A stretch of DNA of 64,000 nucleotides from assembly GCA_030145345.1 (NCBI GenBank), contig JAQYVT010000003.1, positions 2,318 through 66,317 of the forward strand, written 5' to 3'. Shown here piece after piece: positions 47,754-58,344 of the stretch. The position numbers and the translations under genes are program-made. This DNA comes from Desulfobacterales bacterium (lineage in GTDB: Bacteria; Desulfobacterota; Desulfobacteria; Desulfobacterales; UBA11574). Position 1 is the stretch's first letter. Each line of letters begins with the position of its first letter. The notes below the pieces were generated by a model, which worked only from the letters and a program-made list of their open reading frames with translations, did no database searches and was not told the origin of the DNA.

Positions 47754-49441
47754 TTTCGTTTCGCCATATCCTCTGTCCTCAGGTCCTTTTTTAAAATTTT
47801 GCCGACATTTGTCTTTGGAAGTTCGGTCCTGAATTCAATCTCGGTGGGAAGCTTGTATCTGGCCAGCTTTTCCGAGCAATATTCAATAAGCGATTCCTGA
47901 GTGGCAGTTTTTCCTTTTTTGAGGACAACAAACACTTTGATGGATTCACCCCGGGTCGGGTGTGGAATTCCGATAACGGCGGCTTCTTTAACCTTGGGGT
48001 TTTCATATAGCACTTCTTCGATATCGCGGGGATAGACGTTGTAGCCGCCGGAAATAACCATATCCTTCTTGCGGTCAACAATATAAAAGTACCCCTCTTC
48101 ATCCATTTTGGCGATATCTCCGGTATAGAGCCAGCCGTCCTTGAGGGTGTCGGCGGTCTCATCTGTCTTGTTCCAGTAGCCTTTCATGACCTGGGGGCCT
48201 TTAACAAGGAGTTCACCGGATTCCCCGACGGGAACCTCTGTCTCGCCGTCATTGAGGTCTACGATGCGGCAATCCGTATCAGAAATGGGGATCCCGATAC
48301 TTCCAACTTTCCGCTTTCCGCCGGCATACGGGTTTATATGTGTGACCGGTGATGATTCCGTCAAACCGAATCCTTCAACGATTACTGCGCCTGTTTTGCT
48401 TTCAAAATCTCTGATAACTTCCACAGGCAGCGGCGCACTTCCTGAGAAGCATCCGTTTATGGACGTCAGATCGATTTTGTCAATGTTTGGATGATCGAGT
48501 ATCCCAATGTACATGGTGGGGACCAATGGGGCAAATGTCGGTTTGAATTTCCGAATGGCCTCGAGCAAAGGCTCCGGCTGGGGCTTCGGGACGAGGATAT
48601 CACCCCATCCCAAATAAATGGAGAGATTCATTGCGGTGGTGAGACCAAATACATGGAAAAAGGGCAGCGCTCCCAGCATGATTTCGTTGCTGTTGAACGT
48701 GGGGAACCAAGCGCCGATCTGCTGAATCTGTTTGCTCAGGTTGCCGTGGGTAAGCATAACACCTTTGGAAACACCGGTGGTACCCCCGGTGTACTGATAC
48801 ATGGCAACATCATCAAACGACAGTTCAACATCTGGGGGATTGGGAGAACTTTTTCCCAGAACCGTCTTCCATTTAAAGACATTTCCGGCGGATTTCACAT
48901 CGGCGGCAAGATTTTTCTTTTTGGCCACCAGGGGAAACAAAAGGTTCTTCGGAAAAGGAAGGTAATCGCCAATGGACGTATAAATGATCTGTTTTATGTT
49001 TGTCTTGGACCTTAGATCGATCATCCGATTACCTAAAAGATCTATGGTAACGAGGACTTTTGCGCCTGAATCGTTGAATTGATGTTCAAGCTCTCGATCT
49101 GAATACAAAGGATTGTTCATCACCGCTATTCCGCCGATTCTTAATATTGCATAATAGGCCGCAACACAGGGTATAAGGTTCGGCAGGAGGATGGCGACGC
49201 TGTCTCCTTTGTTGATGCCAAAACCGTGAAGACAGGATGCAAAACGGTTCACCATTTCATTGAGTTCACGATAGGTAATTTTATATCCTTGAAACAGCAG
49301 TGCCATTTTATCCGGGAATTTTCCGGCGGTTCTTTCAAGAATTTCCGGAAGGCATATTTCTTCGTATTCGATTTTTTCAGGTACGCCCTTTTCATAACTG
49401 GTCAACCAGGGCTTATCTTCATATTTTATTTCTGCTGCCAT
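47750..49441 (-). CDS. fadD: Long-chain fatty-acid--CoA ligase
   Basis: YTGGTTGVSKG AMP-binding motif, EGFGLTE, WLYTGDI, DRKKD, PKTNVGK. Confidence 0.9.
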   Translation of the reverse strand: MAAEIKYEDKPWLTSYEKGVPEKIEYEEICLPEILERTAGKFPDKMALLFQGYKITYRELNEMVNRFASCLHGFGINKGDSVAILLPNLIPCVAAYYAILRIGGIAVMNNPLYSDRELEHQFNDSGAKVLVTIDLLGNRMIDLRSKTNIKQIIYTSIGDYLPFPKNLLFPLVAKKKNLAADVKSAGNVFKWKTVLGKSSPNPPDVELSFDDVAMYQYTGGTTGVSKGVMLTHGNLSKQIQQIGAWFPTFNSNEIMLGALPFFHVFGLTTAMNLSIYLGWGDILVPKPQPEPLLEAIRKFKPTFAPLVPTMYIGILDHPNIDKIDLTSINGCFSGSAPLPVEVIRDFESKTGAVIVEGFGLTESSPVTHINPYAGGKRKVGSIGIPISDTDCRIVDLNDGETEVPVGESGELLVKGPQVMKGYWNKTDETADTLKDGWLYTGDIAKMDEEGYFYIVDRKKDMVISGGYNVYPRDIEEVLYENPKVKEAAVIGIPHPTRGESIKVFVVLKKGKTATQESLIEYCSEKLARYKLPTEIEFRTELPKTNVGKILKKDLRTEDMAKRK

Positions 49442-49664
49442 GTCCCACCCCCCCTTTTGGTCGGTTACGGTGATTTTGCGGAAACTTTTATATAAACCTG
49501 AGATCCATAGCGTTTTTTTGTTTATATCTGTTAGGATGAAAATGGAGATTTGTCAAGAAAGCTTGTGATTTATGCTGGTTCAGGATACTTAAATCCATCT
49601 TGGCATGTATTAAAAACGACAAACTGAACGTTTTTCTTGACATTCGAGAAATCCGTCTGCTAAA

Positions 49665-49686
49665 AATGAATGAGCGCTCATTCATT
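49665..49686. promoter_or_regulatory. FadR-type operator, perfect 22-bp palindrome AATGAATGAGCGCTCATTCATT
   Basis: Between divergent fadD and EMO-etfBA; downstream of TTGACA at 49637. Confidence 0.8.
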
Positions 49687-49776
49687 GTTGCGCGATGATC
49701 TTGGCCCTTTTTGACCCAAAATTTTCAAAATCATCTCGAAATAAATTTATCCGGATTAGGGAGTGAAAAATAAAAA

Positions 49777-51849
49777 ATGGACGCAGCGTTGATTTCTCCG
49801 GCCAAGGCCACCGTTCTTGGGATTCCCACCGTAATCTTTTCGTTGCTCATACCGCTGGTGGGTATCGGGATATTTACGTACATCATTGCACTTCGGCTGA
49901 AACCACTGGTTAAAGCTTCTCCAGACCCAAGGTTGGATCGCTTGCCAGGTCGATTTTTGAAGATGTTAAAGTATGCCGTCGGGCAGTACCGTCATCCCAG
50001 ATATAAGGATGCCGGAATTATCCATATTCTTTTGTTCGCCGGTTTCATGATTCTGTCCCTGCGCTCGACAACTCTCGTTTTATTGGGAATTTCAGATGGC
50101 TATCTATTGCCGGGCATGGACGGCATCCTCGGGCATATTTACGCGATTCTCAAAGATTTTGCCGGAACCTTTGTTCTGGGCGCTTGTCTGGCCGCAATGT
50201 ATCGACGGATAATCATCAAGCCCGAACGATACGCGGTGCCGGCCAAATACGGCAAGGAACATACCTGGGAAGCTTTGCTGGTGCTGATGCTGATTATGGG
50301 ACTGGTGACCTGTGATATGGTTTTTGAAGGGAGTTTGGCTGCAGCTCAGATCCAGAGTGGATTGAAGCCGGAGATTATGGGCCCGATGACCGGAACATGG
50401 CTTGCCGCCCATACGCTAAGATTCGTACCGGTGGATCTCCTGCAGAATTTACATCTGGGCGCGTATTTTTCACATGAGCTGATCTTCTTCTTTTTCCTCT
50501 GTTTTTTGCCGTTGGGGAAACATTTTCATGTGATTACGTCCTTGCCGAATGTGTTTTTAATGAAACTCGACAAAGGTACGATTAAACCGGTTCAATGGGG
50601 TGTTGATGATGACCAGCTTGACGAACTCGAGTCGTTTGGGGTCAAAAAGTTCGAGGATTTTACCTGGAAACACATGCTCGATTTTTACTCTTGTGCAGAT
50701 TGCGGGCGATGCTCCGATAACTGTCCGGCCAATGCTGTGGGCCGACCCCTTTCACCAAGGTTTATATCCATAAAATGCCGTGACTATTCGTTCATGTCAA
50801 ATCCCCTCAAGGGTAAACCGGTCGACGGCCGACCGTTTATCGGCAATGTGCTCGAAGAAGATGAGGTCTGGTCGTGCACAACCTGCGGCGCCTGCGAAGA
50901 AGAGTGTCCGCTGTTTATCGAGTATATCGACAAAATTGTCGATGTAAGAAGGGGATTGGTGGATGATGGCGTGGTGCCGCAATCCCTTCAAAAGCCGCTG
51001 AATGCCCTGGAAAAGCGCGGCAACCCTTACGGCAAGATGGAGAAAAAGCGTGCAGACTGGACAAAAGATCTGCCTGAAGACGTTACCGTCAAGATACTCA
51101 AGAAAAAAGAGACCGCAGACACCCTCTATTTTGTTGACAGCATTACCTCCTACGATGACCGGATACAGGAAATCGGCAGGGCCGCCGCGCGCGTCCTCAC
51201 GGCAGCGGGGATCGATTTCGGAATTCTGGGACCGGCGGAAAGGGACAGCGGCCACGAGGTGAGACGATTCGGGGAGGAGATGCTTTTTCAAGAATTAAGA
51301 GACCGAAACACGGATGCCATCGTCAAGACAGGGGTCGACCATATTGTCACAGCGGATCCCCATACCTTCAATGCGTTGAAACATGACTACAAAGATGTTC
51401 CGCCGGTGGCGCATATCAGCCAGACCCTGATCCAGTGCATCCAGTCGGGAAAACTCCGTTTAAAACCCGTTGAGGACCCGAACAAAATTTATACGTATCA
51501 CGATCCGTGTTACCTCGGCCGGCATAATAACCTCTACGACGATCCCCGGGCGGTTATCGATGCGATTCCAGGGATCCATCGGGTCGAGATGGCCGCAAAT
51601 TGCCGGGACCGATCCTTTTGCTGCGGGGGTGGCGGACTGATGCTGTTTTATGAACCCATAGAGGAAAAAAGGATGGGGCAGGTAAGGGTTGAGATGGCCA
51701 AGGCCGCCGGTGCAGACGTGATGGTCACGGCCTGCCCCTTCTGTATGGTCAATATTGAAGATGCCATCAAGACCAGCGGTCTGGAAGGCGAGATGTCGGC
51801 CATGGACCTGGTGGAGCTGATTGATCGGTACATGATAACTGAACCATGA
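49777..51849 (+). CDS. Membrane Fe-S oxidoreductase (EMO/FadF-like ETF:quinone oxidoreductase)
   Basis: N-terminal TMs with His residues, 2x CxxCxxCxxxCP, CCG domains (YHDPCYLGRHN, CCGGGG, ACPFC); directly upstream of etfBA. Confidence 0.88.
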   Translation: MDAALISPAKATVLGIPTVIFSLLIPLVGIGIFTYIIALRLKPLVKASPDPRLDRLPGRFLKMLKYAVGQYRHPRYKDAGIIHILLFAGFMILSLRSTTLVLLGISDGYLLPGMDGILGHIYAILKDFAGTFVLGACLAAMYRRIIIKPERYAVPAKYGKEHTWEALLVLMLIMGLVTCDMVFEGSLAAAQIQSGLKPEIMGPMTGTWLAAHTLRFVPVDLLQNLHLGAYFSHELIFFFFLCFLPLGKHFHVITSLPNVFLMKLDKGTIKPVQWGVDDDQLDELESFGVKKFEDFTWKHMLDFYSCADCGRCSDNCPANAVGRPLSPRFISIKCRDYSFMSNPLKGKPVDGRPFIGNVLEEDEVWSCTTCGACEEECPLFIEYIDKIVDVRRGLVDDGVVPQSLQKPLNALEKRGNPYGKMEKKRADWTKDLPEDVTVKILKKKETADTLYFVDSITSYDDRIQEIGRAAARVLTAAGIDFGILGPAERDSGHEVRRFGEEMLFQELRDRNTDAIVKTGVDHIVTADPHTFNALKHDYKDVPPVAHISQTLIQCIQSGKLRLKPVEDPNKIYTYHDPCYLGRHNNLYDDPRAVIDAIPGIHRVEMAANCRDRSFCCGGGGLMLFYEPIEEKRMGQVRVEMAKAAGADVMVTACPFCMVNIEDAIKTSGLEGEMSAMDLVELIDRYMITEP

Positions 51850-51888
51850 TGGATGACGCTGGAAGTACTTGTCTTTATTATGATTTTC

Positions 51889-51920
51889 AATACCCCGTCC
51901 TCTTGTTGCGGGGAGCTTCA
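51889..51920 (+). repeat. Short palindromic repeat, copy 4
   Basis: AATACCCCGTCCTCTTGTTGCGGGGAGCTTCA. Confidence 0.65.
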
Positions 51921-51964
51921 CTGGTTGTCCAATAACGAATAACTAAAATTTTTGGAGGTAAGAC

Positions 51965-52756
51965 ATGGAAATTTTGGTCTGTATTAAGAGGGCCCCGGAC
52001 ACCTCGGAAAACGAGATCGAGGTCAACAGAGACGGAACGGACATCGAGCGGGATGACCTGGTATACTCCGTAAATGAATGGGACAATTATGCGGTTGAAG
52101 AAGCCATTCAGATTCGAGACAAGATGGGTGGCTCGGTTACCGTTGTTACCGTCGGGGATGAGGACGATGAAGAAGTCATTCGGAGAGAAATGGCCATGGG
52201 GGCTGATCACGGCATACTCCTTTCGGATGAAACGTTTAAAGGATCCGATGGCAGAGGAATTTCAGCGATTTTAAAAGCCGAGGTTGAGAAGAAAAATTAT
52301 GACCTGATTCTCACCGGCGCCCAGGCCGATGACGGGGCTGGTCAGGTTGGCGGGATTCTGGCGGCGATGCTCGACTGGCCCTATGCGTCTCTGGTGAATT
52401 TTATAGACGTTATTGATGACAAAAAAATAAAAGTCGGCCGTGAAATTGCGGGCGGAAACCAGGAGATGCATGAAATCGATCTCCCCTGTGTTCTTTCCAT
52501 TCAGACCGGCATCAATGAACCCCGATATGTCGGCATTCGTGGAATCCGGAAGGTGGCATCACTTGAAATTCCGGTTCACACCGCCGGCGATCTCGGGATT
52601 GCTCCGGAGTCTGTCGGAGAATCCGGCGCCAGGACAAAACGTCTCGATTATTTTGTCCCGGAGCTGGGTGAAGGCGCAGAAATTCTGGAGGGGAGTACCG
52701 AAGAGATCATTGATAAACTGCTTGAATTCTTAAAAGCAAAAGGAGGGATCAAATAA
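51965..52756 (+). CDS. etfB: Electron transfer flavoprotein beta subunit
   Basis: ILVCIKRAPD, NEWDNYAVEEA, AMGAD, INEPRY. Confidence 0.93.
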   Translation: MEILVCIKRAPDTSENEIEVNRDGTDIERDDLVYSVNEWDNYAVEEAIQIRDKMGGSVTVVTVGDEDDEEVIRREMAMGADHGILLSDETFKGSDGRGISAILKAEVEKKNYDLILTGAQADDGAGQVGGILAAMLDWPYASLVNFIDVIDDKKIKVGREIAGGNQEMHEIDLPCVLSIQTGINEPRYVGIRGIRKVASLEIPVHTAGDLGIAPESVGESGARTKRLDYFVPELGEGAEILEGSTEEIIDKLLEFLKAKGGIK

Positions 52757-53742
52757 TGGCGCAACAGGTTTTCGCATATATTATACACAAAGAAGGTGTT
52801 GCAGACGATACCGCCCTTGAAATGATTGCAGCAGCCCGGAAACTCGATCCTGATGCTTCAGTTGCGGCTGTTATTGCCGGTGCCGGTGCCGAGCTCGATG
52901 CGGTGTGCAGGGAGCTTGTGTCCTCTTTTAGTGAGGTTTGGAAGATCGATAACGAGGCGCTGGCGTATGTAAATGCAGAGGTGCTGAGGCGTATGCTGGT
53001 TCGTATTCTGCCAAAAGACGGCATCGTTCTGGTCCCCCATGAACATTTTGGGATGGATCTGGCACCGGGCCTCTCCATAATGCTTGACGCAGCGTACCTT
53101 CCGGATGCCGTCGATTTTGAAGGTGTTGAAGACGGAAAACTCAAAGCTGTGCGTGAGGAATACACCGGACAGGTCAGCACGCACGTGCATTGCGATATTT
53201 CCCAGGGTGCGGTGATTACCGTCCGTCCGGGGTCTTTTAAAGCCGATGAAAGTAAAAGCGCATCGGGCAAGATTGTGGACAAAACCGCCGAAGCCATGGA
53301 AGGTGGCCTTCCGGGGGGTGCACGCCGTTTCCTGGAAGTTGTGGAAGCCGAGGTCGGCGACGTCGATATCACCAAGTCGGATGTCCTGGTATCGGTGGGC
53401 AGGGGCATCGAAGATGAGGATAATCTGGAGATGATATTCGATCTGGCGGAAGCCATGGGCGCAGATATTTCATGCTCCAGACCGATTGTGGATGCAAAAT
53501 GGCTGGAAAAATCGCGCCAGGTCGGGACCTCAGGCCAGACGGTCAAGCCGAAGGTCTACATGGCCCTGGGTATCAGCGGAGCATTTCAGCACGTGGGGGG
53601 CATCAAGGGCGCCCCGTTTATTATTGCGATAAACAAGAATCCCAAGGCGCCGATTTTCCAGGCTGCCGATGTCGGTATCGTGGACGACATCCTCGATTTT
53701 ATTCCCGAGCTTACCGACAGGATCAATGAAATGAAAGGATAA
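52756..53742 (+). CDS. etfA: Electron transfer flavoprotein alpha subunit
   Basis: SRPIVD, QVGTSGQTVKP, GISGAFQHVGG, AINKNPKAPIF. Confidence 0.93.
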   Translation: MAQQVFAYIIHKEGVADDTALEMIAAARKLDPDASVAAVIAGAGAELDAVCRELVSSFSEVWKIDNEALAYVNAEVLRRMLVRILPKDGIVLVPHEHFGMDLAPGLSIMLDAAYLPDAVDFEGVEDGKLKAVREEYTGQVSTHVHCDISQGAVITVRPGSFKADESKSASGKIVDKTAEAMEGGLPGGARRFLEVVEAEVGDVDITKSDVLVSVGRGIEDEDNLEMIFDLAEAMGADISCSRPIVDAKWLEKSRQVGTSGQTVKPKVYMALGISGAFQHVGGIKGAPFIIAINKNPKAPIFQAADVGIVDDILDFIPELTDRINEMKG

Positions 53743-53767
53743 AGCCGGCCGATCAATAAAATCCGCC

Positions 53768-53815
53768 ATAGCCGTCTGCCGTTCGTTTCTGAGGCAGACG
53801 GCTATTTTATTTTTG
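53768..53815 (+). terminator. Intrinsic terminator after etfA
   Basis: ATAGCCGTCTGCC / GGCAGACGGCTAT stem followed by a T-rich tract. Confidence 0.75.
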
Positions 53816-54046
53816 TTCGGAAACCGTTCATCGCAATGCCTGCAAAACAGTCTTATAGTCCAAATATTGGTAAGAAATCTGAAAGGGCATTACATTGCGA
53901 CCCATTGACAATATTCCCCCAAAAAGCGACTTAAACTAACCATTTAATATCAATATTAAATTTATACAATTATTCGATTTAATTACCCATTTTATACCCT
54001 ATAAATATGCGTTGATACCGTTGGTTTTGAATATATAAAGTCTAAA

Positions 54047-54259
54047 TATAACCTAGGTTGAGCGGTTCAGGGTTCAACGTTCTGGGTTGGAAAAACCTCA
54101 AACAGTTCGCATCAATGTGATACTGGCCTCATCGTGGTTTCAAAACCGTTCCACCCAATAGGTTATGGCAGATATTCCGGGTTTTAATCAATATGTTGAG
54201 CAGTTTCAATCGGTTGTAACCTTTGAACCCTGAACCTGGAACCGATCAGTTTAGGTATA
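54047..54259. repeat. Element with GGTTCA / TGAACC inverted repeat arms and a different core
   Basis: GGTTCAGGGTTCAACGTTC ... AACCTTTGAACCCTGAACCTGGAACC; imperfect outer IR. Confidence 0.6.
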
Positions 54260-54502
54260 AATACTTTTGCATCTTCCAGGGTGGGCTCCTCCTCGCACAA
54301 GCCCTTGGAACTTAATCTGTCAATTCCAAGGGCTTTTTTATGGCTGAAGATGAAAACGTTCATGGTTCTTGTATTCAAATCGATTCTACAGTAAAGGTGT
54401 CTGGCGATGTAATAATTTATCCACAAATAATCTTGTTATGAAGCGATTGATCCATACCCGGAGATATTAATGCAAAACTCAGGACGTAATTCAGGAGCAA
54501 TT

Positions 54503-55516
54503 ATGAAACAATATACAACCGAACAGATTAATCAAGCGGTAAACGGTACACTTAACGGCAGCCCGACGATCATGATCACAGGTGTAGAACAAATATCCGA
54601 GGCAACGACAAACCAGCTAACGTTTATTGGGGAGAAGAAATACATAAAGTTATGGGACCAATCACTTGCTTCTGCCGCATTCGTCAACGACAGATTGCAT
54701 GTCGAACCGGGTCAGGGCCGGGCGCTTATACGTGTGGCCGATGTCGATCTTGCTTTGGCAGACGTCCTTCGACTGTTTGAGCCGGCACCTCCAAAATGCG
54801 GGTCTGGTATTCATTCAACCGCGGTGGTCGACTCCACAGCCGTAATCGGCGAAGGTGCTGCCATCGGAGCCGGCTGTTATATTGGGCCCGGTGTTGTTAT
54901 CGGTGCCAATGCCAAGCTTTATCCCAACGTCACCGTGCTGGATTGCACCAGCATCGGTGGTGAGACGATTATCTGGTCCGGCACGGTCATCCGTGAACGC
55001 TGCCGGATAGGGAATCACTGTATTATCCATCCGAATGTGACAATTGGTGCCGACGGCTTTGGTTATCGACCGTCACCGGATGGACAAGGCATCGTCAAGA
55101 TCCCACAAATCGGTACGGTCAAGATTGGAGACGGCGTTGAGATCGGGGCAGGAAGTTGTGTCGACCGGGGTAAGTTCAGTGCCACAACGATCGGCGACGG
55201 TACGAAAATAGACAACCTTGTTCAAATCGCCCATAATTGCAAACTGGGCCGATGCTGTGTGATGGCCGGCCAGTCCGGACTTGCCGGATCCGTAACGTTG
55301 GGTGATGGCGTCATGATGGGAGGGGGTGCGAGAGTTAAGGATCATGTTACCATTGGCGAGGGGGCGAAACTGGGCGGAAACGCCGGTGTCATCAGCGATG
55401 TGGCGCCAGGAAAAACGCTTCTCGGAGTTCCTGCGGACGATCATCGGCAGACGTTACGACTATGGGCAGCACAAAAACAACTTCCTGATCTTATTAAGCA
55501 GATGAAAAAAAAATAG
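54503..55516 (+). CDS. lpxD: UDP-3-O-acyl-glucosamine N-acyltransferase
   Basis: Hexapeptide repeats, [29 protein letters not shown]; AGGAG RBS. Confidence 0.92.
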   Translation: MKQYTTEQINQAVNGTLNGSPTIMITGVEQISEATTNQLTFIGEKKYIKLWDQSLASAAFVNDRLHVEPGQGRALIRVADVDLALADVLRLFEPAPPKCGSGIHSTAVVDSTAVIGEGAAIGAGCYIGPGVVIGANAKLYPNVTVLDCTSIGGETIIWSGTVIRERCRIGNHCIIHPNVTIGADGFGYRPSPDGQGIVKIPQIGTVKIGDGVEIGAGSCVDRGKFSATTIGDGTKIDNLVQIAHNCKLGRCCVMAGQSGLAGSVTLGDGVMMGGGARVKDHVTIGEGAKLGGNAGVISDVAPGKTLLGVPADDHRQTLRLWAAQKQLPDLIKQMKKK

Positions 55517-55935
55517 TTGCCGGTTCCCAGATTTAATTAGAAGCAGTTTCTGCAAGGACTGGTTTGAGGCAGGAAAACGCTATATCTTGTGTTTTATCCT
55601 TTGTGTCGAAAATGCAAGATGTCCGCCTTTATTCTTGAAAAAATATAGCCTTAAAATTTTTCGATTTGCTTTTAAATCTGACACCTTGGATACCTGCTGA
55701 TATGTTTGAAAGTGTCAATATCAGAGCTTCAAAATTTTTGTGATATCGTTTTTTCAATAGGGCAAATCCTTTATCGGGGGTTTGCCTTTTTGACTTTGGT
55801 GTGGACTTATGGGATAAATGTAGTTGATGCAAATTGTCGTTCGCTTGAGGTGATGGCAAGCAGTACGAGATAAAATCTAAAAAAACCTTTAAAATTAGTA
55901 AGTTATTGGCAATCTCCTATATCAAATTCTTTTTT

Positions 55936-56070
55936 TTATAGTCCGTGCCGATGCAACACCCTTTCTGTTGCTTTGTGATAATCCCGTTGAACTTTAAGGT
56001 TGGATACTTGATAATAGCGCTGAGTGGTTTTGATCCGCGTGTGTCCTAACAGATCGGGAACAAGATAGGC
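55936..56070 (-). pseudogene. C-terminal remnant of a tyrosine recombinase/integrase
   Basis: DLLGHTRIKTTQRY box II motif with no upstream domain; abuts the regulator stop codon. Confidence 0.65.
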
Positions 56071-56075
56071 GGTCG

Positions 56076-57191
56076 TCATTCGGCATGCAGCACCACGGAG
56101 AAACAGTTGAATAGCGCCCAAACCCTATCACCTTCCTTTAGTCTGAGGTAACGGCTGCTTTTTGTACTTACAATCGAACATAGCTCAGTCCCATCCGAAA
56201 TGCGTACCATATACTCCGAGTTGACTTTGCCCTTATTAATCCAGGCAACAACGCCGTTAAATCTGTTTTCGGCGCTACATTCAGGTTCTTCAACCGTTTT
56301 CTGTAAAATGACCCAAGGGGCTTTCACTTCAGCTGTTATAAGCTTTCCCTCTTTCAAACCGAGTTGGTCCAGGCTTTCGTTGGTAATAACCGTAGTTACT
56401 TTATAACCGCCGATCGTAGCTAATTCCACCCAAGTCTGGATGTCTCCTCGCTGGATCGCTTGGATTTTACCGAAAAAGGAGTTGCGAGCGCTGGTTTTAC
56501 GTGAGGATTCCCTTTCCATAAACAATTTCGTTACCCGCCGAATTTCGTCTTCGGAAAAAGAAACCAAGGACGTGGTCAGATTCGGCGTTGAATGTCCTAA
56601 AAGCATTTGAACAGCAGGTAAAGGCATGTTGCTTTGCATCAGCTCCACGGCCCGCGCCCTGCGGATCATCTCCGGGCCTCCCAACCCCTTGAAAAATCCG
56701 CACGCCTTAGCACGTTCGTAGAATTTTCGCCGTACAAAGCCAGGATCGATACCGAACAAGTTCTGCAAGGAGTCTCTGAAAATCGGATCAGCGAGCGTCG
56801 ATTGGATTTCACGGGATAGGGCTTCCGAAATTTGAACTTGCCTGGGGTTTACCTCAATGCCGGAGTCTGTATTGCGAAAAAGAATCGATTGTCGATCATG
56901 ATTGATATCGTTAAACGGATCAAGGGCCAACACTTCATTCAACTTAGCTCCGGTATAGCGAATTAGCAAAAAAATGAGTAAAATTCGCTTATGAGACAAG
57001 CGAATGTCCCGGCGGGGTGATCTCTTAACCCATTCGCGAAATGATTGCTCCAATTGATTGAGCTGAACGGTATCCAAGCATTGGCCCTCATCCGGCGCGG
57101 ACACAATGCGTCCGTGACTAATACCTTTTGGCATCGACGACAGCTGATTAGACCTTCCTTGAGATTTCGAATCTTTTTTTATGGAAACCAT
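56076..57191 (-). CDS. TunR/TaoR-type regulator: XerC-like domain + tandem TOBE domains
   Basis: LLIRYTGAKLNEVL and VQMLLGHS recombinase-like fold lacking the catalytic R/H/Y; KTSARNSFFG and SAENRF TOBE/Mop repeats; divergent TSUP gene. Confidence 0.82.
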   Translation of the reverse strand: MVSIKKDSKSQGRSNQLSSMPKGISHGRIVSAPDEGQCLDTVQLNQLEQSFREWVKRSPRRDIRLSHKRILLIFLLIRYTGAKLNEVLALDPFNDINHDRQSILFRNTDSGIEVNPRQVQISEALSREIQSTLADPIFRDSLQNLFGIDPGFVRRKFYERAKACGFFKGLGGPEMIRRARAVELMQSNMPLPAVQMLLGHSTPNLTTSLVSFSEDEIRRVTKLFMERESSRKTSARNSFFGKIQAIQRGDIQTWVELATIGGYKVTTVITNESLDQLGLKEGKLITAEVKAPWVILQKTVEEPECSAENRFNGVVAWINKGKVNSEYMVRISDGTELCSIVSTKSSRYLRLKEGDRVWALFNCFSVVLHAE

Positions 57192-57315
57192 ATGACCTTT
57201 CTATGTGACATTTGTCTGATCCCTTCTGAAAAGCTTCTTCTCGGATGTGTATAACACATTCGTTCTATTAAGCAATATGGTAAAAATCTCATTGACATCA
57301 GATTGAACGCTCTGG

Positions 57316-57349
57316 TATAGACACGAATATTTTAATTTTCGTGTCTATA
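57316..57349. promoter_or_regulatory. Operator candidate TATAGACACGAA-N10-TTCGTGTCTATA
   Basis: Perfect 12-bp inverted repeat between the regulator and the TSUP gene, downstream of TTGACA (57292). Confidence 0.75.
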
Positions 57350-57381
57350 TTGTCAAGCCATAATTTCCCAAAAAGGTCAGG

Positions 57382-58344
57382 ATGCTGTTTCAAACTGCTG
57401 GAATCGAAGTCGTACCTTGGATTCCGCCACTGGTGGCTTTCGCGATTTCGTTTTTAACGTCTATGGGCGGCGTATCGGGAGCTTTCCTTCTATTGCCTTT
57501 CCAGATGTCGTTTCTCGGGTACACGAACCCATCGGTCAGCGCCACCAATCAGCTGTTCAACATTGTGGCCATCCCCAGCGGTGTGTACCGCTATTGTAAA
57601 GAAGGCCGAATGGTTTGGCCCCTGACGTGGGTTGTTGTGGCAGGCACGCTGCCGGGCGTGCTCATAGGCGCTATCGTGCGTGTGGAATATCTCCCCGATC
57701 CTAAGACTTTTAAACTTTTTGCCGCCGGGGTACTGCTGTACATAGGTGTCAAGATGATCCGCGACCTGTTGAGAAAAAACGCGGGCGTCACAGACAAAAA
57801 TAACATTGAAAACCGCTTTCAAGAAATGGTGCGTAATTATCGCACAAAGGCAGACAACCCGAAAAGGTCTGAAAACGATCCCCTGCCGGTCGTCAAGGTC
57901 ACCCATTTCAACCTGAAACGGCTTGGGTACACGTTTTACGGAGAACAGTTCGATGTCCCCTTTTGGGGAATTTTCGCACTCAGTTTAATCGTCGGCATCG
58001 TGGGCGGCATCTACGGCATCGGCGGAGGGTCGATCATCGCTCCTTTTTTCGTCACTTTCTTCGGGTTGCCGGTTTATACCGTGGCCGGGGCCGCTCTGAT
58101 GGGAACCTTTGTCACCTCGGTGGCCGGCGTCGCATTCTACCAGGCCATCGCGCCGTTTTATCCGAACATGTCGGTGGCTCCGGACTGGCTTCTGGGTGTT
58201 TTGTTCGGACTGGGAGGAATGGCGGGTATGTACCTCGGAGCGCGTTGTCAGAAATTTGTCCCGGCCAAGGCCATTAAGTGGATGCTGGCCAGCATCATCA
58301 TCTTTACCAGCATAAAGTATGTTACCGCCTTTTTCGGGTATTAG
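57382..58344 (+). CDS. TSUP (TauE/SafE) family permease
   Basis: GGVSGAFLLLP and GIYGIGGGSIIAP repeats; about 8 TMs. Confidence 0.88.
   Translation: MLFQTAGIEVVPWIPPLVAFAISFLTSMGGVSGAFLLLPFQMSFLGYTNPSVSATNQLFNIVAIPSGVYRYCKEGRMVWPLTWVVVAGTLPGVLIGAIVRVEYLPDPKTFKLFAAGVLLYIGVKMIRDLLRKNAGVTDKNNIENRFQEMVRNYRTKADNPKRSENDPLPVVKVTHFNLKRLGYTFYGEQFDVPFWGIFALSLIVGIVGGIYGIGGGSIIAPFFVTFFGLPVYTVAGAALMGTFVTSVAGVAFYQAIAPFYPNMSVAPDWLLGVLFGLGGMAGMYLGARCQKFVPAKAIKWMLASIIIFTSIKYVTAFFGY

Noticed and set aside
55517-55935. attL duplicate of the tRNA-Pro 3' end
   Set aside because: No matching sequence was found.
56076-57191. Active integrase
   Set aside because: Catalytic Arg/His/Tyr positions are degenerate and TOBE domains follow; it fits a TunR-type regulator.
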